NCBI GenBank assembly: GCA_965204755.1
Contig: OZ242011.1
Location: 1 to 64,000, forward strand
Reading direction: 5' to 3'
Length of the DNA: 64,000 nt
From: Candidatus Marinacidobacterium sp.
GTDB lineage: Bacteria; Acidobacteriota; Vicinamibacteria; Marinacidobacterales; Marinacidobacteraceae
Part shown: piece by piece, positions 26,847 through 37,038 of the stretch
How the letters are laid out: every line of letters begins with the position of its first letter
How positions within the stretch are numbered: position 1 is the stretch's first letter
Program-made: the position numbers and the translations under genes
The notes under the pieces: generated by a model
Databases searched by the model: none
Told to the model about the DNA's origin: nothing
What the model saw: only the letters and a program-made list of their open reading frames with translations

Positions 26847-28106
26847 ATGGACTTCGAAGTCGCCGACCGCCGCCGCTCCAGGCGGAACCGGAGGATCCTC
26901 ATCGGCGGAGGCGCCGCCGCCGCGCTCGCCCTCGGGACCGCGCTCCTGTCCGGGCTCTCGCCGGCGGCGCCGGAAGTCCGCCGCTCGGCCATCTGGACCG
27001 GCGCCGTCGCCCACGGCGAACTCGTCCGCGAGGTCCGGGGCCCGGGAACCCTCGTCGTGCCGCCGGAGGACATCCGCCTGGTCGCCGCCGAGACCCGGGG
27101 CCGAGTGGAGGAACGCCGCGTCCTTCCGGGCACCCCGGTCGAGGCGGACACCGTGCTGCTCGTCCTCTCGAACCCGGAGTTGCGCCAGCAGGCGGAAGAC
27201 GCCGGGCTGCAGTACCGGGCCCAGCAGGCGGAACTCGACCGGCTGCGGCGGCAGACGCGCTCCGACCTGCTGCAGCAGGAGAGCCAGGCGGCGCAACTCT
27301 CCGTCGAGTACGAGAAGGCGAAACGCCGGGCGGAGGCCGACGCCCGCCTCCGGGAGGCCGGCCTCGTCGGCGACCTGATCCTGCGCCGCAGCGAAGTGCG
27401 GTCGCGCGAACTCGAGACCCGGCACGAGTTGGAGCAGGAGCGGCTCGCCATCCTGCGCGACTCCGCCGCCGCCCAACTCCGCTCGAAGGAAGCGACCGCG
27501 GCGCAATACCGCGCGGTGTACGACCTGAGGCGGCAGCAGGTCGAGGCGCTGACCGCGCGCGCCGGCCGGGGCGGCATCCTGCTCGAGGTCCCGGTGGAGG
27601 CGGGACAGGAGGTGACCCCCGGCCAGAACCTCGCGCGGGTCGCCGACACCTCCCGGCTGGCGGCGGTGCTCCGGGTGGCGGAGACCCAGGCGCGGGACCT
27701 CGCCCCCGGACAGCCGGCGGCGGTGGACACCCGGAACGGCGTCGTCCGGGGCGTGGTCGAGCGGGTGGACCCGGCGGTCCGCGACGGCCGGGTCGCCGTG
27801 GATGTCCGCCTCACCGGGGAGTTGCCCCGGGGCGCCCGCCCGGACCTGACCGTGGACGGCGCGATCGAACTCGAGCGGATCCCGGAGACGCTCCATGTCG
27901 GCCGCCCGGCCTACGGCCAGCCGGACTCCACGGTGGGGCTCTTCCGTCTCTCGCCCGACGGCAGCGAAGCGGTGCGCGTGCCGGTCCGCCTCGGCCGCGG
28001 CTCCTTGAACCGGATCGAGGTCGTGTCCGGCCTCGTCGAAGGCGACGAGATCGTCCTCTCCGACACCTCGGCCTGGGATCAGTGGGACCGCATCCGCCTC
28101 CGATAG
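26847..28106 (+). CDS. Efflux RND/ABC periplasmic adaptor (HlyD-like)
   Basis: N-terminal TM; VRGPGTLV, LSNPEL coiled coil, RPDL.VDG.IELE, V.LGR.S...IEV.SGL..GD..VLSD. Confidence 0.88.
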   Translation: MDFEVADRRRSRRNRRILIGGGAAAALALGTALLSGLSPAAPEVRRSAIWTGAVAHGELVREVRGPGTLVVPPEDIRLVAAETRGRVEERRVLPGTPVEADTVLLVLSNPELRQQAEDAGLQYRAQQAELDRLRRQTRSDLLQQESQAAQLSVEYEKAKRRAEADARLREAGLVGDLILRRSEVRSRELETRHELEQERLAILRDSAAAQLRSKEATAAQYRAVYDLRRQQVEALTARAGRGGILLEVPVEAGQEVTPGQNLARVADTSRLAAVLRVAETQARDLAPGQPAAVDTRNGVVRGVVERVDPAVRDGRVAVDVRLTGELPRGARPDLTVDGAIELERIPETLHVGRPAYGQPDSTVGLFRLSPDGSEAVRVPVRLGRGSLNRIEVVSGLVEGDEIVLSDTSAWDQWDRIRLR

Positions 28107-28149
28107 ACCGCCCGCGGGGAGAGCGCCCCGCCGGCCGTTTCGCCGGCGG

Positions 28150-28737
28150 TTACGGGCGGCGGAGCGAGAGGGCGATCCGGTCGGCCACCAGCCGCGCGAC
28201 CCGTTCCGGTTCCCCGCCCCCGGCGGCGTAGCGCTCCGGGTCGCCGAGGGGGAACCTCTCCGCGAACACCTGCGGGCGCTCGGCGCTCCGGACGAGCAGC
28301 ACCTCGAGCCGCACCGCCTCCCCCTCCTCCCCGGCGGGGGCGAACGGGGCCCAGGACGACCCCGGAGGAAGCGCCCCGCCCGGCCCCGCCTCGAGCGAGC
28401 CCACGAGCGCGTAGTCGGCGCCCAGCCGCCGGGCGATCCCGGAGAGACCGGACTCCCGCTCCCGCGCGCTGAACACCGGGACCAACCGCCGGGGCGAAAC
28501 GCGGAAGATCCCGTCCCGATCCGCCCCCAGCCGCTCCCGGACCGCCTCGGTGAGGCGTCCGGCGAACGGGGTCAGTTCGGCGGCGCCGCTGCGGTTCAGG
28601 AAGTCCGGAACCAGGAGCACCGGACGGCCATGTGCAGCAGGCTTGCGCAATACGCGCGGCCTCCCGACGGAGGCGAGAACCGCCAGTCCCGCCGCCAGCC
28701 CGACGATGGCCGCCGCCGCGGCCAACCCCCGCCCCAC
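28150..28737 (-). CDS. Membrane-anchored TolB N-terminal-like domain protein
   Basis: TM anchor, then LV.DF.N.SG...FA..LTE, IARRLGADY.L.GSL. Confidence 0.55.
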   Translation of the reverse strand: MGRGLAAAAAIVGLAAGLAVLASVGRPRVLRKPAAHGRPVLLVPDFLNRSGAAELTPFAGRLTEAVRERLGADRDGIFRVSPRRLVPVFSARERESGLSGIARRLGADYALVGSLEAGPGGALPPGSSWAPFAPAGEEGEAVRLEVLLVRSAERPQVFAERFPLGDPERYAAGGGEPERVARLVADRIALSLRRP

Positions 28738-28790
28738 CTTGCCCCGGCTCCCGCTCCCGGCGATGATACCGGCCCGCCCGAGGACCCCGC

Positions 28791-29618
28791 CTGAACGCCG
28801 TCGCCCTGGTCAAGCAGGTTCCCGACCGCAACTCGGCGTTCCGCCCGGGCGCGCCGGGCCCGGCCGGCGAGGGGTCGACTTGGATCGACGAGAGCAGCCT
28901 CGGCTACGGGATCAACGACTACGACCGGTACGCCCTGGAAGCGGCCCTCCGGGCGCGCGAGGAAGGGCGGGTGGAGGAAGTGGTCGCGGCCACCGCCGGC
29001 CCGCCGGACGCGGCGCAGGTCCTTCGCACTGCCCTGGCGATGGGCGCCGACCGGGCGGTCCACCTCCGCTGCGACCGCGACGACCTGGCCGATCCGTTCG
29101 CCGTGGCCGCGGCGCTCGCGCAGGTGGTTCCGGAACAAGGCGCCGGAGTGGTGTTCGCCGGGCTGCTGGCCGAGGACAGCGGTAACGGCCAGGTGGGGGG
29201 CCTCGTCGCCGGGCGGCTGGGCTGGGCCTGGGCTTCGGCGGTAACCGCGGTGCGGTTCGAGGAGGGGCGGCTGCTCGTCGAGCGCGAACTCGAAGGCAGC
29301 CGCGCCGCCGTCGTGGAACTCTCCCTGCCCGCGGTGGTCGCGCTCCAGACCGGCAGCAACGCGCCCCGCTACGCCGGCCTGCGCGGGATCATGGCGGCCC
29401 GCCGGAAGCCGGTGGTCGAACTCGACTTCGCCGGGACGCTGGACCGCGCCGGGGTCACCCCCGGCGGGTTCCGGCGCGTCCTCCTCCGCCGACCGGAACG
29501 CGCCGCCAAGGCGGAGATCCTGTCGGGATCCCCGGAGGAAGCCGCCCGCGAACTCGCCGCCCGGATCCGGACCGGGGCCGGGATCGCACTCCCCGCCGAG
29601 CCGCGAACCGGCGCCTGA
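28791..29618 (+). CDS. etfB: Electron transfer flavoprotein beta subunit (probable CTG start)
   Basis: VKQVPD, INDYD.YALE.AL, ALAMGADRA, VERELEG, LPAVV, N.PRY; in-frame TGA at 28764 and GAGGA RBS before CTG 28791. Confidence 0.88.
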   Translation: MNAVALVKQVPDRNSAFRPGAPGPAGEGSTWIDESSLGYGINDYDRYALEAALRAREEGRVEEVVAATAGPPDAAQVLRTALAMGADRAVHLRCDRDDLADPFAVAAALAQVVPEQGAGVVFAGLLAEDSGNGQVGGLVAGRLGWAWASAVTAVRFEEGRLLVERELEGSRAAVVELSLPAVVALQTGSNAPRYAGLRGIMAARRKPVVELDFAGTLDRAGVTPGGFRRVLLRRPERAAKAEILSGSPEEAARELAARIRTGAGIALPAEPRTGA

Positions 29619-29620
29619 GC

Positions 29621-30631
29621 GTGACCGAAGCCCCTTCCGCGCCGGCGACAAACCCGGCAGCGGGCCGCCGCCGAGTCCTGGCGCTGGCCGCCCGCGGCGG
29701 CGCCGCCCCGGAAATCGGGCTCGAACTGCTCGGCGCGGCCTCGCAGTTGGACGGCGCCGAGACCGTCGCGGTCGTCCTGGCCGACGACGAAGCGGCCGGA
29801 CGCCGGGCGGCGGCCCTCCTCCCCGCCGCCGAAGCCCGGGTCCTGGTCGGCGCTACCGGGGCGCTGGCGACCGCGGAAGGCGCGGCGGCCGCGCTCCACC
29901 GGGCCGCCGAGGACGCGGACGCCGACCTGGTCCTCCTCCCGCACGACTCCTTCGGCTGGGACGCCGCCCCGCTGCTCGCCGCCCGGTGCGGCGGAGCGGC
30001 CGCCACCGGCTGCGCCGCGCTCCGCTTCGGGCCGGACGGGCTCGAGGCGGAGCGCCGGGTCTTCTCCGGCAAGTTCGTCCAGGAGGTCCGGCTGGAGGGG
30101 CGGCCGGCGGTCGCCACCGTGGAGCGCGGCGCCTTCCCCCCGCTCGAACCCGGCCCGCTCGGCGCTGTGCGCGCGCGGGAGGCCGCCCTGCCGGCCGGCG
30201 GGCTCCTCTCCCGGCTGGTGGAGGTCCGCGACGCCCCGGGCGGCGAAGCGGACCTCCCCGCGGCGCGGGTGGTCGTGGCCGCCGGCCGGGGCATCGGCGG
30301 CCCGGAGAACCTCCCCCTCCTCGAAGAACTGGCGGCGGCGCTCGGCGGCGTCGTCGGCGCCTCCCGCGCGGTGACCGACGCCGGCTGGCTGCCCCACGAC
30401 CGCCAGATCGGCAGCAGCGGGGTCACCGTGAACCCCAAACTCTATGTGGCCTGCGGCATCTCCGGCGCGATCCAGCACCTGGTCGGGATGCGCGGCTCGG
30501 GCTTCGTGGCGGCGATCAACAAGGACGCGGAGGCCCCGATCTTCGAGGCCGCCGATGTCGGGATCGTGGGCGATGCGCTCGAGGTCGTCCCGGCCCTGAC
30601 CCGCGCGATCCGGGAACTCTCCGCGGACTGA
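29621..30631 (+). CDS. etfA: Electron transfer flavoprotein alpha subunit
   Basis: A.VVVAAGRG, GASRAVTDAGW, QIGSSG.TV.PKLY.ACGISGAIQHL.GM, AINKD.EAPIF. Confidence 0.93.
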   Translation: MTEAPSAPATNPAAGRRRVLALAARGGAAPEIGLELLGAASQLDGAETVAVVLADDEAAGRRAAALLPAAEARVLVGATGALATAEGAAAALHRAAEDADADLVLLPHDSFGWDAAPLLAARCGGAAATGCAALRFGPDGLEAERRVFSGKFVQEVRLEGRPAVATVERGAFPPLEPGPLGAVRAREAALPAGGLLSRLVEVRDAPGGEADLPAARVVVAAGRGIGGPENLPLLEELAAALGGVVGASRAVTDAGWLPHDRQIGSSGVTVNPKLYVACGISGAIQHLVGMRGSGFVAAINKDAEAPIFEAADVGIVGDALEVVPALTRAIRELSAD

Positions 30632-30684
30632 GCCGGGACCGCGGCGGAGGCGCCGGACGAGGGGTCGCGCGGCGAATGCCGCGT

Positions 30685-30690
30685 TACCTT
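30685..30690 (+). promoter_or_regulatory. Putative -10 box TACCTT of a leaderless recX-alaS transcript
   Basis: TANNNT 6 nt upstream of ATG 30697; no Shine-Dalgarno sequence. Confidence 0.4.
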
Positions 30691-30696
30691 TATGCG

Positions 30697-31326
30697 ATGC
30701 CCGCCGCCGTCGAACTCCGTTCCGGAAGCGCCACCCGGCCCGGAAGGGCCTCCGGGCGGCGTTCCGCGCGTCCGCGGCCGGATGCCCGGACCGCGGCGCT
30801 CGGCCTCCTGGCCCGCCGCGACCTGAGCGAAGCCGAAGTGCGCGAGCGCCTCGGACAGCGCGAGTACGCCGAGCCGGAAGTGGAAGAGGCCGTGGGCCGG
30901 CTCCGGGACCGGGGGTACCTGGACGACGGCGCGCTCGCGAAGGCCCTGGCGGCGAGCCGGGCCGCCGGCCGCCTCCACGGCCCGAACCGGGTCGCCGACT
31001 ACCTCCGCCGGCGCCGTCTTCCGCCCGACCTCATCCGCTCCGCCGTCGAGGAGGCCTTCCCCGGCGGCGCGGAGACCGAGTTGGCGAAGCAGGCCGCCGC
31101 CCGGCTGGCCCCGTCCCGCGCGAGAGCCCCGGCGATTCCCGGCGAGGAAGACGGGTACCGGCGCCGTCAGGAGGAGCGGAAGCGGCGGGAGCGCCTGCTG
31201 CGCCGGCTCGTCGGGCGCGGTTTCACCTGGGAAGCGGCCCTCGCCGCGGTCTCGGCCGCGGACCTCGGCGAAGCCCAGCCCGACGGCGGGCCCGAACCGT
31301 CGGCGTTCGAAGAGACCTCGCCGTGA
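30697..31326 (+). CDS. recX: Regulatory protein RecX
   Basis: AL.LLARRD.SE.EVRERL, L...GYLDD, GP.R....LR, L.RRL..RGF; upstream of alaS. Confidence 0.85.
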   Translation: MPAAVELRSGSATRPGRASGRRSARPRPDARTAALGLLARRDLSEAEVRERLGQREYAEPEVEEAVGRLRDRGYLDDGALAKALAASRAAGRLHGPNRVADYLRRRRLPPDLIRSAVEEAFPGGAETELAKQAAARLAPSRARAPAIPGEEDGYRRRQEERKRRERLLRRLVGRGFTWEAALAAVSAADLGEAQPDGGPEPSAFEETSP

Positions 31327-34073
31327 GCACCCCTCCGAGCCGCGGCGAGGACCTCCGCCGCGCCTTCCTCGACTTCTTCGCCGCCCGCGACCACCGGATC
31401 GTCCCGAGTTCCCCGCTCGTCCCCCGGGACGACCCGACGCTCCTGTTCGCGAACGCCGGGATGAACCAGTTCAAGGACTGCTTCCTGGGCCGGAAGGAGC
31501 CGGAACACCCCCGGGCCGCCTCCGTCCAGAAGTGCGTCCGCGCCGGGGGCAAGCACAACGACCTCGAGAATGTGGGGTTCACCGCCCGGCACCACACCTT
31601 CTTCGAGATGCTGGGGAACTTCTCCTTCGGCGACTACTTCAAGGAGCGGGCGATCGCCCTCGCCTGGGAATTCCTGACCGGGGAACTCGGCCTCGACCCG
31701 GCCCGGCTCTCGGTCAGCGTCTTCGCCGGCGACGCCTCGACGCCGCGCGACGAAGAGGCGGAGCGCCTCTGGCGCGCCTTCGTCCCCGAGGACCGGATCT
31801 CCGCGCTCCCCGCCGCCGAGAACTTCTGGGCGATGGGGGACACCGGCCCCTGCGGCCCCTGCTCGGAGATCCACTACGACCAGGGCCCCGACTTCCCCGG
31901 CGACGACCGGTTCCTGGAGATCTGGAACCTGGTCTTCATGCAGTTCGACCGGGACGGGGAGGGCCGCCTCGCCCCCCTGCCCGCCCCCTCGGTGGACACC
32001 GGGCTGGGGCTGGAGCGGCTCGCGGCGGTCCTGCAGGGAGCGGCGTCCAACTACGACACCGACCTCTTCTCCGGGCTGACCGCCGCCGTCCGCGAGCGCT
32101 CGGCCGCCGGCGCCGACCCGGACACGGTCCTCGCCGCTTCGCGCGTCCTCGCCGACCACACCCGCGCCGCGGCCTTCCTCATCACCGACGGCGTCCTCCC
32201 GGCGAACGACGGACGGGGCTATGTGCTGAGGAAGATCCTCCGCCGGGCGCTCCGCCACGGGCGGAAGGCCGGTCTCGAACCCCCGTTCCTGCCCGCCTTG
32301 GCGGAAGCGGCCATCGCCGAGATGGAACCCGCCTGGCCCGAACTCGACCGGTCGCGCGACCTGGTCGGCCGGGTCCTCGCCTTCGAGGAGGAGCGGTTCT
32401 CCGGCGCCCTCGCCACCGCCATGACCCAGTTGGACCGCGTCCTCGCGGCCGGCCGCGAAACCGGGGCCGGCGAGGTCTCCGGTTCGGACGCCTTCCGCCT
32501 CTACGACACCTTCGGGCTGCCCCTCGACCTGGTGGAGGAAGTGGCGCGGGAGAGCGGACTCCCGGTGGACCGGGACGGCTTCGAGGAGCGGATGCGCGAG
32601 CAGCGGGAGCGCGCGCGGCGCAGTTGGAAGGGTCGGCCCGGCGCCGGGGCCGGCGAGTCGGCGGCCTACCGCGCCGCGGTGGGTGACCTCGAACCCCGCT
32701 TCCTCGGCTACGACGCGACGGAAACCGACGGCGCCCGGGTCGCCGCCGCCTTCCGCGCCGCCGATTCCCCGGACTCCGGGAGCGCCCCGGCCCGGGTCCC
32801 CGCCCTCGGAGCCGGCGAAGCGGGCGAAGTGATCCTGGAAGAGACGCCCTTCTACCCGGAGGGCGGCGGGCAGGTCGGCGACCGGGGCCTCCTGCGCGGC
32901 CCGAACGGGACCGCCGAAGTCACGGACACCCGGACGCGCGACGGCCTGGTGGTGCACTCGGTCCGCGTCCGGCAGGGCGAGATCGCCGCCGGGGAGCGGC
33001 TCGAAGCCTTCGTGGACGCCGCCCGCCGCACCGGGGCCGCCGGCCACCACACGATGACCCACCTGCTCCACGCCGCGCTCCGGGACATCCTGGGGCTCCA
33101 TGTGAAGCAGGCCGGTTCGCTGGTGGCGCCCACCCGCCTGCGGTTCGACTTCACCCACTTCGCCCCGCTCTCGCCGGCGGAGATCGAGTCCGTCGAAGGC
33201 CGGGTGAACGAGCAGATCCGGGCGAACCGCGAAGTCCTCGCCGCGGTGATGCCGCTCGACGAGGCGCTCCGCCGGGGCGCCCTGGCCTTCTTCGGCGACC
33301 GCTACGGCGCGGAGGTCCGGGTGATCGAGATCCCCGCCTTCAGCATGGAACTCTGCGGCGGCACCCACCTCGGCGCGACCGGGGAGGCCGGCCTCTTCGC
33401 GGTCGTCTCCGAGGAGTCGGTCTCCGCCGGCGTCCGCCGCCTCGAAGCCCTGACCGGCCCGGCGGCGCTCGACCACCTGCTCACCGGCCGCCGCCTGCTC
33501 CGGGCGGCCGGCCGCGCGGCGAGGAGCGCTCCCGAGAACCTGGCCGAAAAAGTGGCCCGACTGCAGGAGGACCTCAAGCGGGCGGAGCGGCAGGCCGAGC
33601 GCTTGCGCGACCGGCTGGCCGCCGCCCGGGTCGGCGGCGGCGGCGAGGCGGAGGACATCGAGGACATCGAGGACATAGGGGGCGTGACCGTGTGGCTGCC
33701 GAAGCCGCTGGAGGACGCCTCCCAACACGAACACCGCCGATTGGTGGACGCCTTCCGCGACCGCCGGGCCGGCGCCAACGGGAACGGCCGCCCCTGGGTG
33801 GCGGTCTCCGCGAACATCCGGAGCGGACGCGCCGCGGTGATCGCCGCCGTTTCCGAGGATCTCGAGGGGGCCCTGCCGGCGAACCGCCTGCTCGGCGCCG
33901 CGGTGGAAGCGATCGGCGGCCGCGGCGGCGGTCGCCCCCACCGGGCCGAGGGCGGCGGGCCGAATCCCGCCGGCCTCCCGGCGCTGAACGATCGGGTCCG
34001 GGAGGCCGTGCGCCGCCTCTCGGCTTCCGGGCCGACGACCGACCCCTCCGACGCCCGGGGTTCCGGGACCTGA
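31323..34073 (+). CDS. alaS: Alanine--tRNA ligase
   Basis: DPTLLFANAGMNQFK, RHHTFFEMLGNFSFGDYFK, GPCGPCSEI, EIWNLVFMQ, HT.THLLHAAL, ELCGGTH, GRGGG. Confidence 0.97.
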   Translation: MSTPPSRGEDLRRAFLDFFAARDHRIVPSSPLVPRDDPTLLFANAGMNQFKDCFLGRKEPEHPRAASVQKCVRAGGKHNDLENVGFTARHHTFFEMLGNFSFGDYFKERAIALAWEFLTGELGLDPARLSVSVFAGDASTPRDEEAERLWRAFVPEDRISALPAAENFWAMGDTGPCGPCSEIHYDQGPDFPGDDRFLEIWNLVFMQFDRDGEGRLAPLPAPSVDTGLGLERLAAVLQGAASNYDTDLFSGLTAAVRERSAAGADPDTVLAASRVLADHTRAAAFLITDGVLPANDGRGYVLRKILRRALRHGRKAGLEPPFLPALAEAAIAEMEPAWPELDRSRDLVGRVLAFEEERFSGALATAMTQLDRVLAAGRETGAGEVSGSDAFRLYDTFGLPLDLVEEVARESGLPVDRDGFEERMREQRERARRSWKGRPGAGAGESAAYRAAVGDLEPRFLGYDATETDGARVAAAFRAADSPDSGSAPARVPALGAGEAGEVILEETPFYPEGGGQVGDRGLLRGPNGTAEVTDTRTRDGLVVHSVRVRQGEIAAGERLEAFVDAARRTGAAGHHTMTHLLHAALRDILGLHVKQAGSLVAPTRLRFDFTHFAPLSPAEIESVEGRVNEQIRANREVLAAVMPLDEALRRGALAFFGDRYGAEVRVIEIPAFSMELCGGTHLGATGEAGLFAVVSEESVSAGVRRLEALTGPAALDHLLTGRRLLRAAGRAARSAPENLAEKVARLQEDLKRAERQAERLRDRLAAARVGGGGEAEDIEDIEDIGGVTVWLPKPLEDASQHEHRRLVDAFRDRRAGANGNGRPWVAVSANIRSGRAAVIAAVSEDLEGALPANRLLGAAVEAIGGRGGGRPHRAEGGGPNPAGLPALNDRVREAVRRLSASGPTTDPSDARGSGT

Positions 34074-34140
34074 CCCGGGGGGCCGGGAAGGCGCCGCGCA
34101 CCCGCCGCGCGGCGCAGCCGGTCGTGAGGTTGCCGGCGCG

Positions 34141-35220
34141 GTGAAGATGCCGACGCGGGCGGGGCTCCCGCGCGGGAGGTTCTTCTGGGAGGCGCTGTGG
34201 CGCTCCGGCCTCTCGGCGGCGATCGGCCGCCGCTACGGCGGGGTCGGCTCCGTCTTCATGTTCCACCGCGTGCTTCCCGCCGGGGCGGCGAAGTTCCGGG
34301 ACGACCTGGCGGTTACCGACCGCTTCCTCCGCGCCTTCCTCTCGTTCCTGCGCCGGCGGCGCATCGAAGTCCTCTCCCTCGACGACGCGGTCGAGACGCT
34401 TCGCGGCGCGAGGCCGAGGCCCGACGGGCAGCCCTTCGTCGCGCTCACCTTCGACGACGGATACGCGGACACCCTCCTCCGCGCCGCGCCGCTGCTCGAG
34501 GAGTTCGGCGCCCCGTTCACGGTGCATGTGACCACCGAGATGGTGGAGAACGGCGAATCGCTCTGGTGGCCGGCGCTGGAACGCCTGCTCCGGCGCCGCG
34601 ACCTCCTGGACATCCCCGCGATGGAGCGGCGGTTCCGGATCCCGTCGGCCCGGGCCAAGGCGGCCGCCCTCCGGCGCGTCTCGAAGTGGGTCACGGGCGA
34701 TCCCGCCGGCCGCGCCCCGCTGCTGCGACCGGTCTTCCGGCGGTACGGCGTGTCCCCCGCCGAGGCGGCGGCGGAAGAGGGCCTCTCGCGGGCCCAACTG
34801 CGGGAATTGGCCGCGAACCCGCTCGCCACGATCGGCGGTCACACCGGGAGCCACCCCGACCTGACCCAACTCGCCGGACCCGAGGCGGCCCGGGAGATCA
34901 CGGAGAACAAGGCCTATCTCGAACGGGTGTGCGGCCGGCCGGTCGAGCACTTCGCCCTGCCCTACGGGCGCGGCGGCCCGAGGGAATTCGCGATGGCCGC
35001 CGAAGCCGGCTTCCGCACCGCGCTGACCACCCGGAGCGGCGCCCTCTTCCCCGAACACGCCGCGGGCCGGGCCGATCTCCCGCTGCGCCTCCCGCGCCAC
35101 ACCGCGGACGGTTCCCGGATGTGGCTGAGTTTCATGGAAGCCCAGCGGCGCGGCGCGAGGCGCTTCCTGGAGAGCCCCTTCGGCCCCCCGGCGGTCGGGA
35201 CGGAGCGGGATTCGGGGTGA
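34141..35220 (+). CDS. Polysaccharide deacetylase (NodB/CE4)
   Basis: MFHRV, LTFDDGYAD, IGGHT.SHP.L, FALPYG. Confidence 0.9.
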   Translation: MKMPTRAGLPRGRFFWEALWRSGLSAAIGRRYGGVGSVFMFHRVLPAGAAKFRDDLAVTDRFLRAFLSFLRRRRIEVLSLDDAVETLRGARPRPDGQPFVALTFDDGYADTLLRAAPLLEEFGAPFTVHVTTEMVENGESLWWPALERLLRRRDLLDIPAMERRFRIPSARAKAAALRRVSKWVTGDPAGRAPLLRPVFRRYGVSPAEAAAEEGLSRAQLRELAANPLATIGGHTGSHPDLTQLAGPEAAREITENKAYLERVCGRPVEHFALPYGRGGPREFAMAAEAGFRTALTTRSGALFPEHAAGRADLPLRLPRHTADGSRMWLSFMEAQRRGARRFLESPFGPPAVGTERDSG

Positions 35221-35322
35221 GGGGCGCTCACCGACGGGCGGCGCCGTTCTCCCGTCCCGATCCGCCCCCGGTTCGGGCCCGCCCCGACCCGCCCCGTTTC
35301 CGGAGCCGACGGAACGCTCCCG

Positions 35323-37038
35323 ATGGGTACCCTCCCGCCCCATGAGCGCGGCGCGGGGCGACCGTCGGCGGTGGTAGTCCCCCGGCGAACGAGCGAAAGG
35401 GTGTCCGGCGGCTCCTCCCGGGACTCCGGCCCGCCGCCGAACACCGCCCGTTACAACGACTGGCGCGCGGTCGCGGTCGCTCCGCCGGACTTCACCCCGC
35501 AACTGGCGGTGAGCGTCGTGATCCCGGCCTGCCGGCCCCCGGCCGCCGTGCTGGCCCGGACGCTCGCCGCGCTGGAGCGGCAGACCTACCCCCGGCGCCT
35601 CTTCGAGGTCGTGGTGGTGGACGACGGCTCCGACCCGCCCGCCGCCCTCCCGCAGGAGCCGCCGTTCGCCTGCCGGATCGTCCGCCAGCCGCGCCGGGGG
35701 TTCGGGCTGGCCCGGGCCCGGAACACCGGGGCGCGGGCCGCTTCCCACCCGATCCTCCTCTTCCTCGACTGCGATGTGCTCGTGGAGTCCTCCTGGATCG
35801 CCGCGCACGCGAGATGGCACCACGCGGTCTCCGATGCGGTGAGCGTGGCCCGCTGCGCCGATGTCCCCCTCGACGGCCCGCTGGGAGGACTCGACGCCGA
35901 CGCGGTCCGCGCCCGGGCCGGCGCCTTCGCCGACCTGCTGTCCGCGGGCGGCGGCGCCGCGCCCCGGCCCGGCGAGGGACACCTCCTCCGCACCGGCGGC
36001 CTGACTTCCCGCGCCGACGATCCCTACCGGGCGCTCCTCGGGGGGAATTTCGGCATCGGCCGCGCCTTCTACGAGTCGCTCGGCGGACACGACGAGTCCT
36101 TCACCCGGTGGGGCATGGAGGAGATCGAGTTCGGCTACCGCGCCTACCTCCGGGGCGCCCTCTTCGCGCCCGTCCCCGAGGCCTCCGCCTGGCACCAGGG
36201 CGTGAAGAGCGCCGAGCGGCGGGAGGAGGACGAAGCGAGCCTCCGCCTGCAGCGGGCGAAGTGCGCGCATCTCATCGCCCACCGCGGGATGAGGAAACGC
36301 CGGCCCGGCCGCGTCTTCTCCGTCCCCCAACTCGTGGTGACGATCCCCGTCGCCGCGGCGCTCCGGACCGGCGGAGGGCCCGACGCGCTCCTCCGGGCGG
36401 TGCTCGCGCTCCTCGCGGACCGCTTCCACGACCTGGTCGTCCGCCTCGAGATTCCCCCCGGCGACGCCTCCGCCGAATCACCGCCCGACGCCGCGCTCCG
36501 GGAGAGTCTCGGCCCCGACCCGCGCGTGTTCTTCTCCTCCGGCGGTTCGGCGCTCGACGACTTCCCGGCGTCCCCCTTCCACCTCCGCCTCCCCCCGGCC
36601 GCGGTGGAGCGCGGTTTCCGCCCGGACATCGCGCTCCGGCTCATGAAGCGCCTCGGCGACGCGGTAACCGCCCGCGCGGCCCTCCCGGACGGAACCGCGG
36701 TGACGCTCACCCGAACTTTCGCCCTCCACCGGGCGCGCCGGGCCGGCGGGGCCCCCGCCGACTACGGGGACGCGAAGGAACTCCCCGCCGCCGCGGCGGG
36801 ACTCCGGCTCGCCCGGCCCCGCGCCCGGGCGCGCCGCCGGCGGTCGGCCTACCCGGTGGACTACCCGCGGCCGCTCGCGCGGCTGGTCGGTCGGGTGCGC
36901 GAGATCCGCGGGATCGCCGGATTCGGGCTCTTCCTCCGGTGGGGCCTGGCCGCCGCCGGGCGGACGCTCGTTGACCGGGCCCGGCGCGTCGGGCGGAGGG
37001 CCGGCGGCCTCCGGACGGATCACGGGGGCGGCCCATGA
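35323..37038 (+). CDS. Glycosyltransferase family 2 (true start may be GTG at 35401)
   Basis: VSVVIP, EVVVVDDGS, ARARN.GA, LFLDCD, GG.DESF..WG.EE.EFGYR. Confidence 0.88.
   Translation: MGTLPPHERGAGRPSAVVVPRRTSERVSGGSSRDSGPPPNTARYNDWRAVAVAPPDFTPQLAVSVVIPACRPPAAVLARTLAALERQTYPRRLFEVVVVDDGSDPPAALPQEPPFACRIVRQPRRGFGLARARNTGARAASHPILLFLDCDVLVESSWIAAHARWHHAVSDAVSVARCADVPLDGPLGGLDADAVRARAGAFADLLSAGGGAAPRPGEGHLLRTGGLTSRADDPYRALLGGNFGIGRAFYESLGGHDESFTRWGMEEIEFGYRAYLRGALFAPVPEASAWHQGVKSAERREEDEASLRLQRAKCAHLIAHRGMRKRRPGRVFSVPQLVVTIPVAAALRTGGGPDALLRAVLALLADRFHDLVVRLEIPPGDASAESPPDAALRESLGPDPRVFFSSGGSALDDFPASPFHLRLPPAAVERGFRPDIALRLMKRLGDAVTARAALPDGTAVTLTRTFALHRARRAGGAPADYGDAKELPAAAAGLRLARPRARARRRRSAYPVDYPRPLARLVGRVREIRGIAGFGLFLRWGLAAAGRTLVDRARRVGRRAGGLRTDHGGGP

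Noticed and set aside
24498-28231. Very long alternative-frame and antisense ORFs (e.g. 24498-27896, 25148-28231, 33574-36429, 37873-40623, 60564-63563)
   Set aside because: Arg/Pro/Gly-rich shadow ORFs expected at this GC content; they overlap well-supported genes
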